A DNA stretch of 64,000 nucleotides. Source: Octopus vulgaris. Its lineage: Eukaryota. Both the position numbers and the translations under genes were made by a program. Shown here piece by piece: positions 1-14,339 of the stretch. Location of the stretch: contig OX597817.1 in assembly GCA_951406725.2 (NCBI GenBank), positions 49,166,001-49,230,000 on the forward strand, read 5' to 3'. The notes beneath the pieces were generated by a model. That model was not told the origin of the DNA and did no database searches. It was given only the letters and a program-made list of their open reading frames with translations. Numbering within the stretch: position 1 is the stretch's first letter; each line of letters opens with the position of its first letter.

Positions 1-104
1 TTCTTTTTCTCTGTCTTATGTTCTGTCACATTGTCAAATTATCTATCTATATACCTGCTCATTGATTTCTCACTAAGTTTGACCGCTTTATGTATGCAGC
101 CGCA

Positions 105-156
<52 letters not shown>

Positions 157-194
157 TTATATATTTATATATATATATATATATGTATATATGT

Positions 195-610
195 GTGTGT
201 GTGTGTGGCAGGTTTGGTAGCCTTCAACTAACACTATCTCCTCCGAGACCCTGCGGCGCAAGTTGACCAAAATTGAGAGTATGATAGAAGAAGGCTTGCT
301 CTTTATTCCGTAGAAGAAAAAATTCAAATCGGACCATGTTAACACCAAGAATTATTTACATCAAAAAGGTGCTTTTTTTCTATGAAAATCCCTATTTTTT
401 ACGATTTTTTTACTGCTGTGTCACCTTTTTTCGGTGTATTTCAACCAGAAAAATGTTCACTTAAAGAGAATAACAAGCTACGTAATGCAAAATTTTTATT
501 TTTCAAAAAAGATTGAAACTATGTCAAAACTTTGTTAATGCAACATCAATGTCTGCCGTTTTAAGCGCAACTAAAAAACAAACCCGACCAACGCCGGGCT
601 ATACTGCTAG
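195..610 (+). mobile_element. Non-autonomous Helitron, family A (5' end obscured by TA/TG microsatellite)
   Basis: Ends with GC hairpin cccgaccaacgccggg, then CTAG (607-610) followed by T. Body is the reverse complement of the copy at 17212-17594. Confidence 0.75.
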
Positions 611-1329
611 TATATATATATATGTATATATATAGTTGAGATGTGTTCTGTTAAGAACGTGTAAGAGTACAAATAGAGCTCGTTCATCCTTAGTGATTAA
701 AAAGTTGCTTAGCCGTACTTTTGACTCTTTTACTTGTTACTTATATATATATTCATACATACGATCATACATATAGGAAAAATTATGATAAACACACGAT
801 GCATTTTATATCCTTTTTTTCTTTTTTTGCTTACGTACGTTTAACCATTGCGGTATTTTGCATCCTCTGCAGTGGGTGTTCTAAGCGCAATTGGATACAG
901 AACCAAAACAATTCACCGGGGGAACATTTTTATTTCCTTATACTTACACAAATCAAATACTCATATATATATACGATATATACCACCTATACACATACAC
1001 AGATGGGGGCATACACACACACACATACACCACACACGTATTTATATTCATATGTATATGCCATTCTATATTATTTACAGCTAAATATAATTATAGATTA
1101 TAATGACACACACGTGTACATGTATATATGTAAGCGCGTTTTGGGTTTACATATCTTCAGTGTGACCATATCGAATAACTCGTTCAAATAAGTCAGCGGG
1201 AAGGTGAGAGAAAATAGATTAGATGAAACTATAGATTTCATTGATAGACAGCATATGGTAGAAATTATCTCATATTTGCATTCATGGCAGCCACAGATTT
1301 AAGGTTCCCTATGACGATATTACTAGTAC

Positions 1330-1400
1330 ATATTATTATTATTAATTTTTTTATCATTATTATTATTATTGTTGTTGCTGTTGTTGCTGTTATCACTGTA

Positions 1401-1467
<67 letters not shown>

Positions 1468-1670
1468 TGTTGTTGTTATTATTTTATCATTAGTATTATT
1501 ATGATGATGATCTTCATCATTATTTTTATTATCATTATTATTGTTGTTGTTATTATTTTTATCATTATTATTATTATTATTATCATTATTATTATTATTA
1601 TTATTATTAATATTATTATTATTATTAGTAGTAGTAGTAGTAGTATAATCATTATCATTATCATTATTAT
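1330..1670. repeat. (TTA/TCA/TTG)n trinucleotide low-complexity tract
   Basis: Directly visible; source of the poly-I/L/N ORFs. Confidence 0.95.
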
Positions 1671-1857
1671 TCTCTTTACTCTTTACTCTTTTACTTGTTT
1701 CAGTCATTTGACTGCGGCCATGCTGGAGCACCACCTTTTAGTACTTATTCTATCGGTCTCTTTTTGCCGAACCGCTAAGTGACGGGGACGTAAACACACC
1801 GGCATCGGTTGTCAAGCAATGCTAGGGGGACAAACACAGACACACAAACACACACAC

Positions 1858-1889
<32 letters not shown>

Positions 1890-2051
1890 GACAGGCTTCT
1901 TTCAGTTTCCGTCTACCAAATCCACTCACAAGGCATTGGTCGGCCCGGGGCTATAGCAGAAGACACTTGCCCAAGATGCCACGTAGTGGGACTGAACCCG
2001 CAACCGTGTGGTTGGTTAGCAAGCTACTTACCACACAGCCACTCCTGCGCC
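1671..2051 (-). mobile_element. tRNA-derived SINE, family S3 (internal microsatellite)
   Basis: Reverse complement of the copies at 10818 and 21606. Head ggcgcaggagtggctgtgtggtaag, tail gaaacaagtaaaagag; flanked by TTA repeats. Confidence 0.85.
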
Positions 2052-2694
2052 TATTATTATTATTATTATTATTATTATTATGATTATTATTATTATTATT
2101 ATTATTACTATTATTATTATTTTTCGCTTTGGGATTTGGTTTGCAAGATTCTTTATATGAGTTCGTGTGTTGAAGCATATTCTGTTGTGTCTGGGGAGAG
2201 TCATTTTCTTTTTGTGTCTTATAATTTAACTCACTCACCGGTAAAATTTCCACTTATCTCTTATTTTTATTTTCCTAAAATTTTCGTTGCGTTTTGCAAC
2301 CTTTTCAAAAGTCTTGACTCTATCCGATATTTACACTGCGTTCCTTTTTGTTTGTTTGTGCGCATGTGTGTGTGTGTGTGTGCCTATGCCTGTACGTATG
2401 TATGCATGTGTGTATGTATGCATGTGTGTGCATGTATATATTTGTGTGTATGCATATGTATATATGTATGTATGTTTGTGCATCTGTATGTATGTATGTA
2501 CGCACACACATACATACATATATACATATGCATACACACATATATACATACACACATGCATACATACACACATTCATACATACGTACATGAATGTATGCA
2601 TAGGCACACACAAACACACACACACACACTGAAGTTTATACTTCGCCAGGGTGTAATAATGATTTCAGAAATAATATCGGTTTAAAATTTTGGT

Positions 2695-2885
2695 ACAGGG
2701 CCAGCAATGTCGGGGAAGGGTATGTGTCGATTACATCGACCCCAGTGGTCAACTGATACTTAATTTATCGACCCCAAAAGGATGAAAGGCAAAGTTAACC
2801 TCGATGGAGTTTGAACTTTGAACGCAAAAAATGCCGCAAAGCATTTTGTCTGGCGTGCTAACGATTCTGCCAGCACAGCGCCTTA
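2695..2885 (-). mobile_element. SINE family S1, diverged copy
   Basis: gatgaaaggcaaagt...acgattctgccagc, homologous to the other S1 copies. Confidence 0.75.
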
Positions 2886-3465
2886 ATTGCAGTAATATTA
2901 ATTACCAAAATAATTATTTCTGATTTCGGTGCAAGCCCGCAATTTTGGTGGCAAGAAATTAGTCCGTACCATCGCCCCCACAACTTTGATTGATATTCTC
3001 CAAAAAGAAGGAAGTTATAGTTGACCTCGGCGAGAATTGAACTTAGAACGTTAAGAGCTGGAATAAATACAGCAAATTATTTTTTCAACGCTCTAACGAC
3101 TCTACTAATCCGCTATTAATCTCCAAAATTAGAGGTCATAATACTAACAAACTGTCTGGCCATAGCCGTAACAGAAGAGCAGACTTGTTGCCACCAAAGA
3201 GTATAATTCATGAATATAGCGCAACCACATCGAAATATTGCAGTAAAAGAACATAAACAGCGTGGTCTTCGAATTATGATTAGCTTGTGAATTTATATGT
3301 TGTAATAACGTCACAGTTGGAGTCCCAGCGGGTTTCTAAATGTTTGAAAGTTTTCTTTCTTAATGTTTCATGCAGATCTTTCAAATGACATTGCGGTCAA
3401 TTATGTCTTCCATCATTCCGACACTTCATTCGATACAACCAAGTCAAGGAAAAATAGTTTTTATA

Positions 3466-4359
3466 GGAGGTCTGATCAATAAGTATCCGGACTGTTTCTG
3501 TTGTGACAAAGCTAAAGCACGCAGAGGAAAACCGCTTGGCACAAACTGATCTTGAAATCTGCTGGGCATGAGCACTAAGTTTTAACTTCTAGCTTACTTC
3601 CGTTGTTTACAGCAATGCTTGAAGGAAGGTGTGTAGTGTGTGATCGTCGCGTTGACCGTGACAGAGAAAGTTGTCATGGCAATACCTGCCCAGAGACCTA
3701 TGCAGAGTTGCAGAAGGTGTATAGAGAGAAGTGTACGAGTCGCACACAAATGTACGAGTGGTTCAGACGTTTCCAAGATGGCCAAAAAAATGTCGATATT
3801 GATGAACATTGTGGGAGACACGCAACCAGCAGAACTGAGAAAAACATCACAAATGTGCGTGCAGCTGTGAGGGAAAATCGTCGAATCAGCACCCGTGAGT
3901 TGTCAGAGGATGTGCAGATTAGTTACGGTTCAGTTCAGTCCATTATCACTGAAAATTTGGGTATGAGACGCGTGTCTGCCAAGTTTGTGCCAAAACTGCT
4001 TTCAGCTGACCAAAAAGACACTCGGGTTTCAGTTGCACAAGATCTCCTTGATTGTGTCGAGAACGATGGAAACTTTTTTGAAAACTTTGAATAGGCCTCC
4101 GAGCAGGTTTCGCCAAGCTTTTGACAAAATTTAATGCAGGTTCTCAGCTCAGCTTTCTTTGTCATGGACAATGCGACGATCACACGCTACACACCTTCCT
4201 TCTAAGCCCTGCTGTAAACAGTTGAAGTAAGCTAGAACATTAAAACTTAGTGCGCATGCACAGTAGAGATCAGGATCAATCTTTACTGTGCGGTTTCACC
4301 TTGTGTGCTTTAGCTTCGTTTCTATGGCAACAGTCCGGATACTTATTGATCAGACAACT
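3466..4359 (+). mobile_element. Mariner derivative with two 5' ends in inverted orientation; transposase N-terminal (HTH) fragment only
   Basis: TIR gaggtctgatcaataagtatccggactgtt / aacagtccggatacttattgatcagac with TA flanks. ORF 3603-4094 has mariner motifs (YEWFRRFQDG, RRISTRELS, SAKFVPKLL). Minus-strand ORF gives the N-terminus (ELRTCIKFCQKLG). No DD34D domain. Confidence 0.9.
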
Positions 4360-4381
4360 TATATAACATATAGGAAATATA

Positions 4382-4630
4382 AGGCGGCGAGCTGGCAGAA
4401 TCGTTTGTATGCCTGGCAAAATGCTCAGTTCAGATTCGACCGAAGTCGATTTTGCGTTTCGTTCTTTCGGAATCGATAAAATATATACCAGCTGAACATA
4501 AGGTTCGATAACACAATTACCAGTTGAGCATAGGGGTCGATAAATTACCAGTCGAACACTGGGGTCGATGTAATCGACGCACCACCTCCCACAAAATTGT
4601 TATTCTTGGGACAAATTTTGAAACCAGTAT
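4382..4630 (+). mobile_element. SINE family S1, degenerate, with ~30-bp internal triplication
   Basis: Head ggcggcgagctggcagaatcg; three copies of gataa..taccag..gaaca..ggggtc at ~4475-4570. Confidence 0.65.
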
Positions 4631-5187
4631 ATAGGAAATAGTAGATGTACTATAGTGAAGAAGCTTGCTTTGCATTCACGAAGTCTCAGGTTCGATTCCA
4701 GTGCGTGGCACCTTGAGGAAATCGTAACGTTCTGGAGCCCCGAGTCGCCTTATATGTTGTGCGTGAAAATGGTAAGATGGAAACTGTAGAGAAGCCAGTT
4801 TGGTGGATTGCAGTCACAATTAAGAAGTACAGCCTTGTTATACACTGTGTAGTGTTGATTCTACCTGAGTATTACGTTAAGAGTATCTATGTCTGTAGAA
4901 TAATCCAGCACACGTTAATTTAGGAACAAGTAATTCAGTTCATTGAATCATTGATCCCCTGTCACCAAACAACAGAGGCACAATATGAAGGTTATCTCTC
5001 CTCCTACTCTTTCGGAATTGTTTGCAATTACCGCTAAGTGTTTGTTTACTTACTCTCGAAAAGAAGCTGGCTTCAATAAAAAATTTTTTATTCTATATAA
5101 TATTTCAAATACCTTTATGTCCAAATGCATCACTGGCAACTCTAAGCTATTTATCTTAGCTCATTTTATACTTACACATATATGTAT

Positions 5188-5247
<60 letters not shown>

Positions 5248-5270
5248 TCAGACACACATACACACATATA

Positions 5271-5465
5271 TAGTTCAAATTTATATAAAAACAAAAGACG
5301 AAGACTGGTGTTAGAACCAGCAAGTGTATTAGTTTGACGCGCCAGAAAAATGGAAAAGTTTTCGCTTCGAGCCTACGCTCTTCGACAGAAAGGAACAAGA
5401 GAAAATAAATAGAGAGAGAATGAAAAAAAATACAGAATGAAAAAAATAAAAAACGTGTAGAGTTC
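5271..5465 (-). mobile_element. Short TA-repeat-associated element with hammerhead-like motif (Penelope pLTR-like)
   Basis: Homologous to 53907-54090 and 24553-24650. Minus strand reads CTGTCGA-a-GAGC-gtag-GCTC-GAAg. Confidence 0.5.
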
Positions 5466-6805
5466 AGCAGTCCAGCACGTATGTATGTATGTATGTATGT
5501 ATGTATGTATGTATGTATGTATGTATGTATGTATGTATGTATGTATGTATGTGTGTGTGTATGTATGTATGTATGTGTGTGTATGTGTACATGTATAATG
5601 ATATTGAAAAAAGAGTTTTGAGTAAAATATTGTAAAAAAAAGGAAATATCATCCTACATTAATATTTTAAAGTGCTCAACATTGTCGTATTTTCTCCAGT
5701 GATGTAAGGTAAGTGTGAATGGCATATGTCCAAGTTAGTTTGAGATGCAGTTCGAATAAATATTCTAACCAAGTGGACAAATAAGAATTCATTAATTCCT
5801 ATTTTATTTTTCTGTGCAGTCCAACAATATGTTTTAAATTGCATCGTGATAAAAAAAAAATGTATACATTGCAAATTATACGTATTTGTAACAGTTTTGC
5901 CTTACTGAAGATAAGTATGAACCGCTTTATTTAAATATTTATTTTAGAATGTGTACTTTAGAGTTAAATATCATATTTTCATAAGCTAATGCTGAGTATG
6001 CAAGCATTTTACTTGCTTCTAGTAGAACATTTGAGATTTCAAGAGAAAAATTTTAGAAATGATAAAAATGTCACCAGCTTTTGATGCGCCCTGTATGCAC
6101 TCTACATAGCAAATAGCTATGATGTATATATTTATACAGATTGCTTAGTCATCTAAATTGCAAACTGGTATATTCTCGATGAATGGAACTGGAAACCCAG
6201 TTACGATGTTACAATTATTTGATAAATGCATTTGATTGTTCTAATGTATGTTAGAGGAAATACAGTAATAAATAAATAATATGATGACAAAATGAATTTT
6301 CTTATTTTCTTTCTTAGTCAGAAAAGGAGCTGTGGAATATATTATCTTCACGTCGTCCGTTTCATATTCCCAGGATTTTTTTTGTTTTTGCTGCAAAAGT
6401 ATTGAATTTAAGTAGTTGTTGTAATTTCTTGAAATTATCTAGGATGGCAAGAACTATATGGGGAACCGTGTCTATGACTATATCAAGGGTTTCGTTTAGA
6501 ATTGTGTCTCTTTGATGGCGTCACTAACGAAAACGAAAAAACTCCTTAAATTCACATTGTCTTCGTCTTGTTTGCAGAATTATAAGTTCATGTTACACAT
6601 GAACTTATTTCACAAACAAAACATTATAAAAATAGGAAGAAACCATTCCAGTGAATTCTTTCCTGAAAACAAAATAACATCATAATATTGGTGTGTAATT
6701 TCGTATATACAATGATGAAGACGGTGGCGGGGGAGTGTTGAGAGCCACAGAATCTTATTTCGACTCATAGCTATAAGGTCTTCATTTACATCCGTACAAA
6801 TCTTG

Positions 6806-7100
6806 TGGAAGCACATGGCCTAGTGGTTAGAGCAGCGGAGCGTAGCTGAAGGAACGCGGGTTCGAATATCAGACCAGGCGATGTGTGTGTTTATGAGCGA
6901 AACACCTAAGCTCCACGTGGCTCCGGTAGAAGGAAACGGCGAACTTCTGCTAACCCTTTCACCACAACTTTCTTTACTCCTGCATCTAGCAACTCACTTG
7001 CGACGGACCGGCGTCCCGTCTAGGTGGGAATCCTATACACTAATGAAACCGAGAAACCGGCCCTTATAAAACAGGCATAACTCGAGAATGAACAAACAAC
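6806..7100 (+). mobile_element. tRNA-derived SINE, family S4
   Basis: A box tggcctagtggttagag, B box gggttcgaata, (ACA)n tail. 10-bp TSD acaaatcttg at 6796-6805 and 7101-7110. Confidence 0.85.
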
Positions 7101-7358
7101 ACAAATCTTGGTAGTAACTTTTCGTTGTTTTTATCTAAGAATCAGATTATATATATTTATTGTGTTTTAAGCTGTCAATTTCGGATTTGCAACTAATGTA
7201 TAACAGGGAAAGTACTTACATAGGATAAATAATATCCTTAAATCCTTAAAAATGTTTCAGCCCGAAGGCCGCGGCCAGCGTTTCAAACAATATTTATAGC
7301 GTTCAGTAAATCACCATACATACCCATCATTTGTCTTATTGACGAGTTTCATTTCTTC

Positions 7359-7446
7359 ACTTCCCTGAAGAGAAGATTACATTGTTTTACACCATTTATT
7401 CCTTTAGAATAATATCAGTGATATCTTCGAAATATGTGTCGGAAGT
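7359..7446 (+). ncRNA. Type I hammerhead ribozyme motif with long stem II
   Basis: Stem I acttcc/ggaagt; core CTGAAGA; stem II gaagat...atcttc; GAAA; tatgtg; TC (cleavage after 7440). Confidence 0.7.
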
Positions 7447-7479
7447 AAAAGTATTTGAATTACACCTGCATTAAACTCC

Positions 7480-8008
<529 letters not shown>

Positions 8009-8110
8009 ATCAGTAATAATAAAGGGTGAAATTAATTAATTAGGGATAATTATCAATTACACCAAGTAGATTTCGGCATGTAAAAGCCCCATTCGAGGAA
8101 AATTTAAGTA

Positions 8111-8528
<418 letters not shown>

Positions 8529-9111
8529 AAATTAAATAAGGGAAGAAATTGATATTAATCAATTAAAATCAGTGGCTTAGCATATTTTAAAAAATCCGAA
8601 GATTTAAAATTTTATACATAAAAAAATTAGAAAAACGACCACTAATAGTGGACAGCCTGCATGCTAGAAATAGACGTCAAACTCGCCATTTACCACGAAG
8701 AAGGTGTTCTGAAGAAGAAATTCAGCAAAAAAACAAAGTGTAAAAATAAGCAAGACAAATGGCGGTGCCCTAGCATGGCCACAGCTCATGAGCTGAAACT
8801 GGAAAAATCAAAAAAATCAAAATCAAATGAAAATATACGAAATAAAAAACGATTACCAATGTACTAATTAGTTTCAGTTGTTAATATTTACGTATATGGA
8901 ACGTAAACATCTGCAAGATCGTCAGCATAGTCTGTCGTTTACGAAATACAATTTCCAGAATTAGATACAGGGCGCTCGACCGAAATCTAGCATGTATGAA
9001 GCTCCACATATTATATTTATATGTATCTTTCAAATGCCTTCAATTTGGCGCGCTGAGATCGGAAATTACTCTGCAGCTAATAAACTACAGCAGTTAATTT
9101 ACTGGCTAGAG

Positions 9112-9165
<54 letters not shown>

Positions 9166-9367
9166 CACGAGATTTGATGTCAGTGAAATACGAACATCAT
9201 ATAAGGATATATTATAGTGCCATGTTTTCCAAATTTTTCCAAATTCCATCCGTCAACAAAGTGTCATGGAAGCTCGAAAATTTTTATTATTAAAAGCTTT
9301 TACTTCTCATTAATTTATAAGCGTGTTTGATTAACTTGAACGTATCAAAGATCTGCAAGACCAGTTG

Positions 9368-9422
<55 letters not shown>

Positions 9423-9711
9423 TGAATTAGAGATAAAATTACTATTATGCAACTCAAACAGTGATAGACGTAAACCAATACATAAATAACAAATATAAAT
9501 ATAATTAATATAACATATAATATATATTTTTTTTCTCCTTCAAAAAGTATAAAAAGAATGATAAATATAATATAATAAGTAAAAACACTACGTACATTTC
9601 ATGGCTATAATTAAATTCGAATTACAATTAAGTTTAAATTCAATATTTATACTGTGAAATTTGATTTAATACTAAATCGAATTGTCCCTGTAAGTTTGGA
9701 GGTATACTCCC

Positions 9712-9742
<31 letters not shown>

Positions 9743-9760
9743 GTTTATATATATATATAT

Positions 9761-9882
<122 letters not shown>

Positions 9883-10817
9883 ACTGCATCTTACACCGTT
9901 TATTCCTTTGTAATAAAACCATGTTGTCTTCGAAACATATGTCGAAAGTAAAGGAATTTTATTAACATCTTCGTTCAACTCCATTTATTTATTTATTCAT
10001 ATATAACACACAAATTTCTGCACATGAACCCGGAGTTTCTACCTTTGGATAGGTCACTTCAACCGTGTTTCTGACGTGAATTTGCTACCCTGGTATCGGT
10101 TCATCAAATTTTCCATGTAGACGGTAAACATAGGATAATTCATTCTCCCATCCATATATATATATATAATATCATATGCTATGAAAAGATACCCATGGAC
10201 TCAAATTTATATTATGTTTACACTAAATTATATACATCTTTATGATTACATTTGACACCAGTTAATTGGTGGGTTCATTAAACACCTGCATTGGTGGGTG
10301 TTAATCGTGAATGATTATATAACAATTTATTTTGAAATCTGCTGCATCTATTCTTAGTAATCTCCTGCATATTTTCTTAGTAATGCAAATTTACTCATTA
10401 ACTACTCAGAATCTCACTGACTAATCTAAGATTAGAAACCGCGATATGGATATTTGCCAAATGTCATAATGAAATATTTTGTGTTCTTTAGGGGTTTTTT
10501 TTAATCCGCATATTTGTTATTAAAATACGCATCTTGTTTCTCTATTTTCTCTCTTAAATATCCTTGTGTAACTAATACTATCTAACTACTTACTTTTCTC
10601 TTGAAATCTATCATTTCAATTTTTTCTATTTACTTTTTTCTCTGAAAAATTATCTGGAAAATTTCCAGATAAGTCGATTTATGATACAACTGGTATGTCC
10701 CTAGTGAACAGATATCATAGAGGAGACAATCCTTTCTAGATTAAACTCAGCTGAGACGGGTTAGTAAGTTCGAAGTCTAAACCAAAGAGTAAAGACTATA
10801 CAAAATACAAATACAAA

Positions 10818-10963
10818 GGCGTTGGAGTGGCTGTGTGGTAAGTAACCTGCTTACGAATCACATTGTTCCGGGTTCAGTCTCACTGCGTGGCACCTTGGGC
10901 AAGTGTCTTCTACTATAGCCTCGAGTGGATTTGGTAGACAGAAACTGAAAGAAGCTCGTCGTA

Positions 10964-11003
<40 letters not shown>

Positions 11004-11200
11004 GTGTGTGTATATGTATGTGCGTCTGTGTTTGTCCGCCCAACATCGCTTGACAACCGATGCTGGTGTGTTTACGTCCCCGTAACTTAGCCTATTAGGT
11101 TTACAAAGAATAAGTCCTGGGGTCGATTTGCTCGACTAAAGGCGGTGCTCCAGCATGGCCACAGTCACATGACTGAAACAAGTAAAACAGTAAAAGAGTA
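10818..11200 (+). mobile_element. SINE family S3
   Basis: tRNA-like head, ccttgggcaagtgtctt body, internal (TA)n/(TG)n, tail gaaacaagtaaaacagtaaaagag. Confidence 0.85.
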
Positions 11201-11204
11201 AATT

Positions 11205-11452
11205 AAACTTCTTTCCCGAGTCATATAGACACATAGGGGCGGTTTCCCAGTATCCATGGCATATATATAGTCCCCGCCTGGATGTGGTGCCAGTCCGCCG
11301 CAGAATTCCTCCTTTTTGCCAGCTGAGCGGACTGGAGCAATATGAAATGAAGTACTTTGCCCAAGAGCACAACGTTTCGTCAGGTCCAGGTGTCGAAACC
11401 ATAATCTTACGTTCAAGTGTCCAACACCCTAACCACTGACCACCCATCTCCA
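11205..11452 (-). mobile_element. SINE family S5
   Basis: Homologous to 40525-40767 (ttttgccagctgag..ggactggagcaa...accctaaccact). Confidence 0.75.
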
Positions 11453-11835
11453 GCCGAATATAGTCATTGTTTCAAAGCAACTTTTGCCCGTTATCTTAAA
11501 TTATCTTTCGTAAATTCATTCAACAAAATACGTGTCACAATGTCAGAATATCGAAATAAAGGTTAACTTGCCGGAAGATCTTGTGCACATACAGGTGAAA
11601 CTCAGAGTAACAAGAGATTGACTCGACTAAAAGGAACATATTATTCATCTCTTCTCTGGTACTAAGCACACCTTTACGTAATTCTTTATCTGAATAATTG
11701 CGGAGAGGAGATACTATACGTCCTCCTTCTACATGTGTGCCCCTCTAACTTCCATCTTGTAATGAAGTGTACAGTTGAAATATACCAAATCTTTACAGTC
11801 TTCTGTTCTTATATATATATATGAGCATGAGTAGT

Positions 11836-12156
11836 GAAGGCGCATGGCTCAGTGGTTAGAGCGTTGAGCTTACGATCATAAGGTCACGTTCGGGCTGCGT
11901 GTTGTGTTCTTAAGCAAGACACTCTATTTCACGTTGCTCCAGTTCACTCAGCTGTAGAAATGAGTTGCGACGTCACAGGTGCCAGGCTGTATCTGTTGTT
12001 GCCTTTCTCTTGGATAACACTGGTGGCGTGGAGATGGGAGACCGGTATGCATGGGCGACTGCTGGTCTTCCATAAAACAAACTTGCTCGGATTTCTCCCT
12101 GGGAGGGTAACTTCCTAGGTGCAATCTCATGGTCAGTCACGACCGAAGGGGGTCTC
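11836..12156 (+). mobile_element. SINE family S2
   Basis: A box tggctcagtggttagagc; end gaccgaagggggtctc; homologous to 43333-43668. Confidence 0.85.
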
Positions 12157-13727
12157 GGCAATGTATATTATATATATATATCCAAGAGCACGTGTGTTTG
12201 AAAAGATGAATGGAAAGCTCTCTCACACACTACGAAAAATCTTCTTCCAAAAAGGTCAGTGATATTCTGTCAAAAGATTTTACTACTTGTTAAAAAAATA
12301 ATTATTAAAAAAACCCTTTATAATTCAAAATTATATTAAGTAATTTTTACAAAGACTTTCAAAGATATATATCCCTCGTCTATCTTGGGTATTCCGTTAC
12401 CCCCTCCCCCCAACAATAAGTGAATATCTGCGAAGTAGAAACAGTACTGCACTGTATATTTTTATTTATTGATTTATTTTTAGGCGTAAAAATGCTTATT
12501 TTATCATAGAAATAATTTAAAAAATATAAATATCTATCGCGACATACTGAGGAGTCCACGATATAAATTTACATATATATTAGCCAAAAAAATTCGTGAT
12601 GTATTGAGTGCGCGATAGGTGTATGTATGTATGTATGTATGTATGTATGTATGTATGTATGTATGTACGTATCAGGCAACGAATCCCCTAGAATGGATAG
12701 TCTGATGCAATAGAAAAACATTATGAGTGGATAATTTATAAATAAAGAGATGAAGTATAAGATGAGTAAAATTTATTTTACTAATGGATATCCAGATTCG
12801 ACTACAATTGTTTCTCAGCTTACTAGCATGTAAATATATATGCTTATATACATACTATATTCAGAAACATCCAAGTTCACAAGCATAACAACGACATCTG
12901 ATTGGAAAAAATTTCACTATTTTCATTCTCTCTTTCGTCCCTAATAGTGCTACTACAACAACCTCTGCACACGTGAAAAGGGTAATTGTAAGGTTTCATA
13001 ACCAAGACCCATTGTCGTTCCAGCTGTGTCCCAAGACACTTATAATTTTTGATAAACTATCAGCTGTTTATGGGACACATAATATCAATAAACTTTAAAA
13101 TTAATGAAAATGGATGAATGTTACTATATTTGAAAACACTAATAATACAGCTATTGATAGACAAGTTAAAATACACGTATGCTGCTAAAGGAAATATTTC
13201 AGAAGTAACATTTGTCGCCATTGGGATTTGTGGAGCGATTAATCATACGGATAGCTGATGTTGAAAGGTACAATGAAATTCTTAAGATTTCTTTGAATAT
13301 AGTTCCATTAAACTAAATAAGTGTCTAAATATACCTTTCAACTTTCTTTTCGTATATCCAGAATAAGATTCTTCAGTTAGAGAGTTAAAGCTCAGCAACA
13401 TAAATATTTAAAAAAATTTTTGTTTTTTACTTCTCACATGTTTTAGTCATTTATCTGCGGCCAAACTGGAGCACTGCCTTAAGGGGTTTTAGCCGAACAT
13501 ATCGGCCCCAGTTATTAAAGCCTAGTACTTATTCCATTGGTCTCTTTTGCCGAACTGTTAAATTACGGGAACGAACACAAACCGATACTCTCAGGGGATG
13601 GTGGGGACAAATAGATACACAAAGACATGCATACATACATATCTTTTATCCTTGTTTCAGTCATTTGACTGCGACCATGTTGGGGCAACGCCTTTTAATT
13701 TTAGTCGAATGTATCGACCTCATTATA

Positions 13728-14292
13728 TTGGGTTGTCCGAAAAGTTAGTATCGATTTTTAAAGGAAAGAAAAAGGTCAATAAATGCTTGCCATTACATTT
13801 TTAATCAACCAAATAGGAACCATTTTGTTGCACAATGCGTCTCCATCGTTCCTTTAGCTTGAAAATACCCTCTTCCAAGAATTGAGGTGGTTTCATGGCA
13901 AAGAATTCATCAAGGCATCTTTTTACGTCATCGAAGGAATTGAAATTTTTGCCATTGAGACTATTCTGTAGAGACCTAAATAAGTGGAAATCCGAAGGAG
14001 CAATATCTGGTGAATATGGAAGGTGGGGTAACACATCCCAACCCAGCTGCAGCAATTTTTGTCTGGTTCCCAAAGCATCAAGTGCCGAAAATGAACTTTC
14101 TTATCTTTCATTTTAAAGGGATACAGAATTAACACAGGCTATAGGAACATAAATCTTCTTCCACGAAAAGATAGCTTAAACTGTGCTCTAAATGGAGGTG
14201 TAGCCAAATCCTATTTTATGGACTCAACCATGTTCTAAAATAAGTCGAAATGTAAGCTACTATAAATCGGCATGAACTTTCCGGACAACCCA

Positions 14293-14293
<1 letters not shown>
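13728..14293 (-). mobile_element. Internally deleted mariner transposon
   Basis: TIRs ttgggttgtccg.aaagtt / aactttccggacaacccaa with TA TSD. Minus strand: N-terminus MKDKKVHFRHLML joined to C-terminus with LPHLPYSPDIAPSDFHLF (YSPDLAPSD motif). Confidence 0.92.
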
Positions 14294-14332
<39 letters not shown>

Positions 14333-14339
14333 AATCCAA

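Noticed and set aside
1809-2591. 260-aa ORF, the longest in the window
   Set aside because: It runs through an antisense SINE, (TAT)n and TG/TA microsatellites; not a gene.
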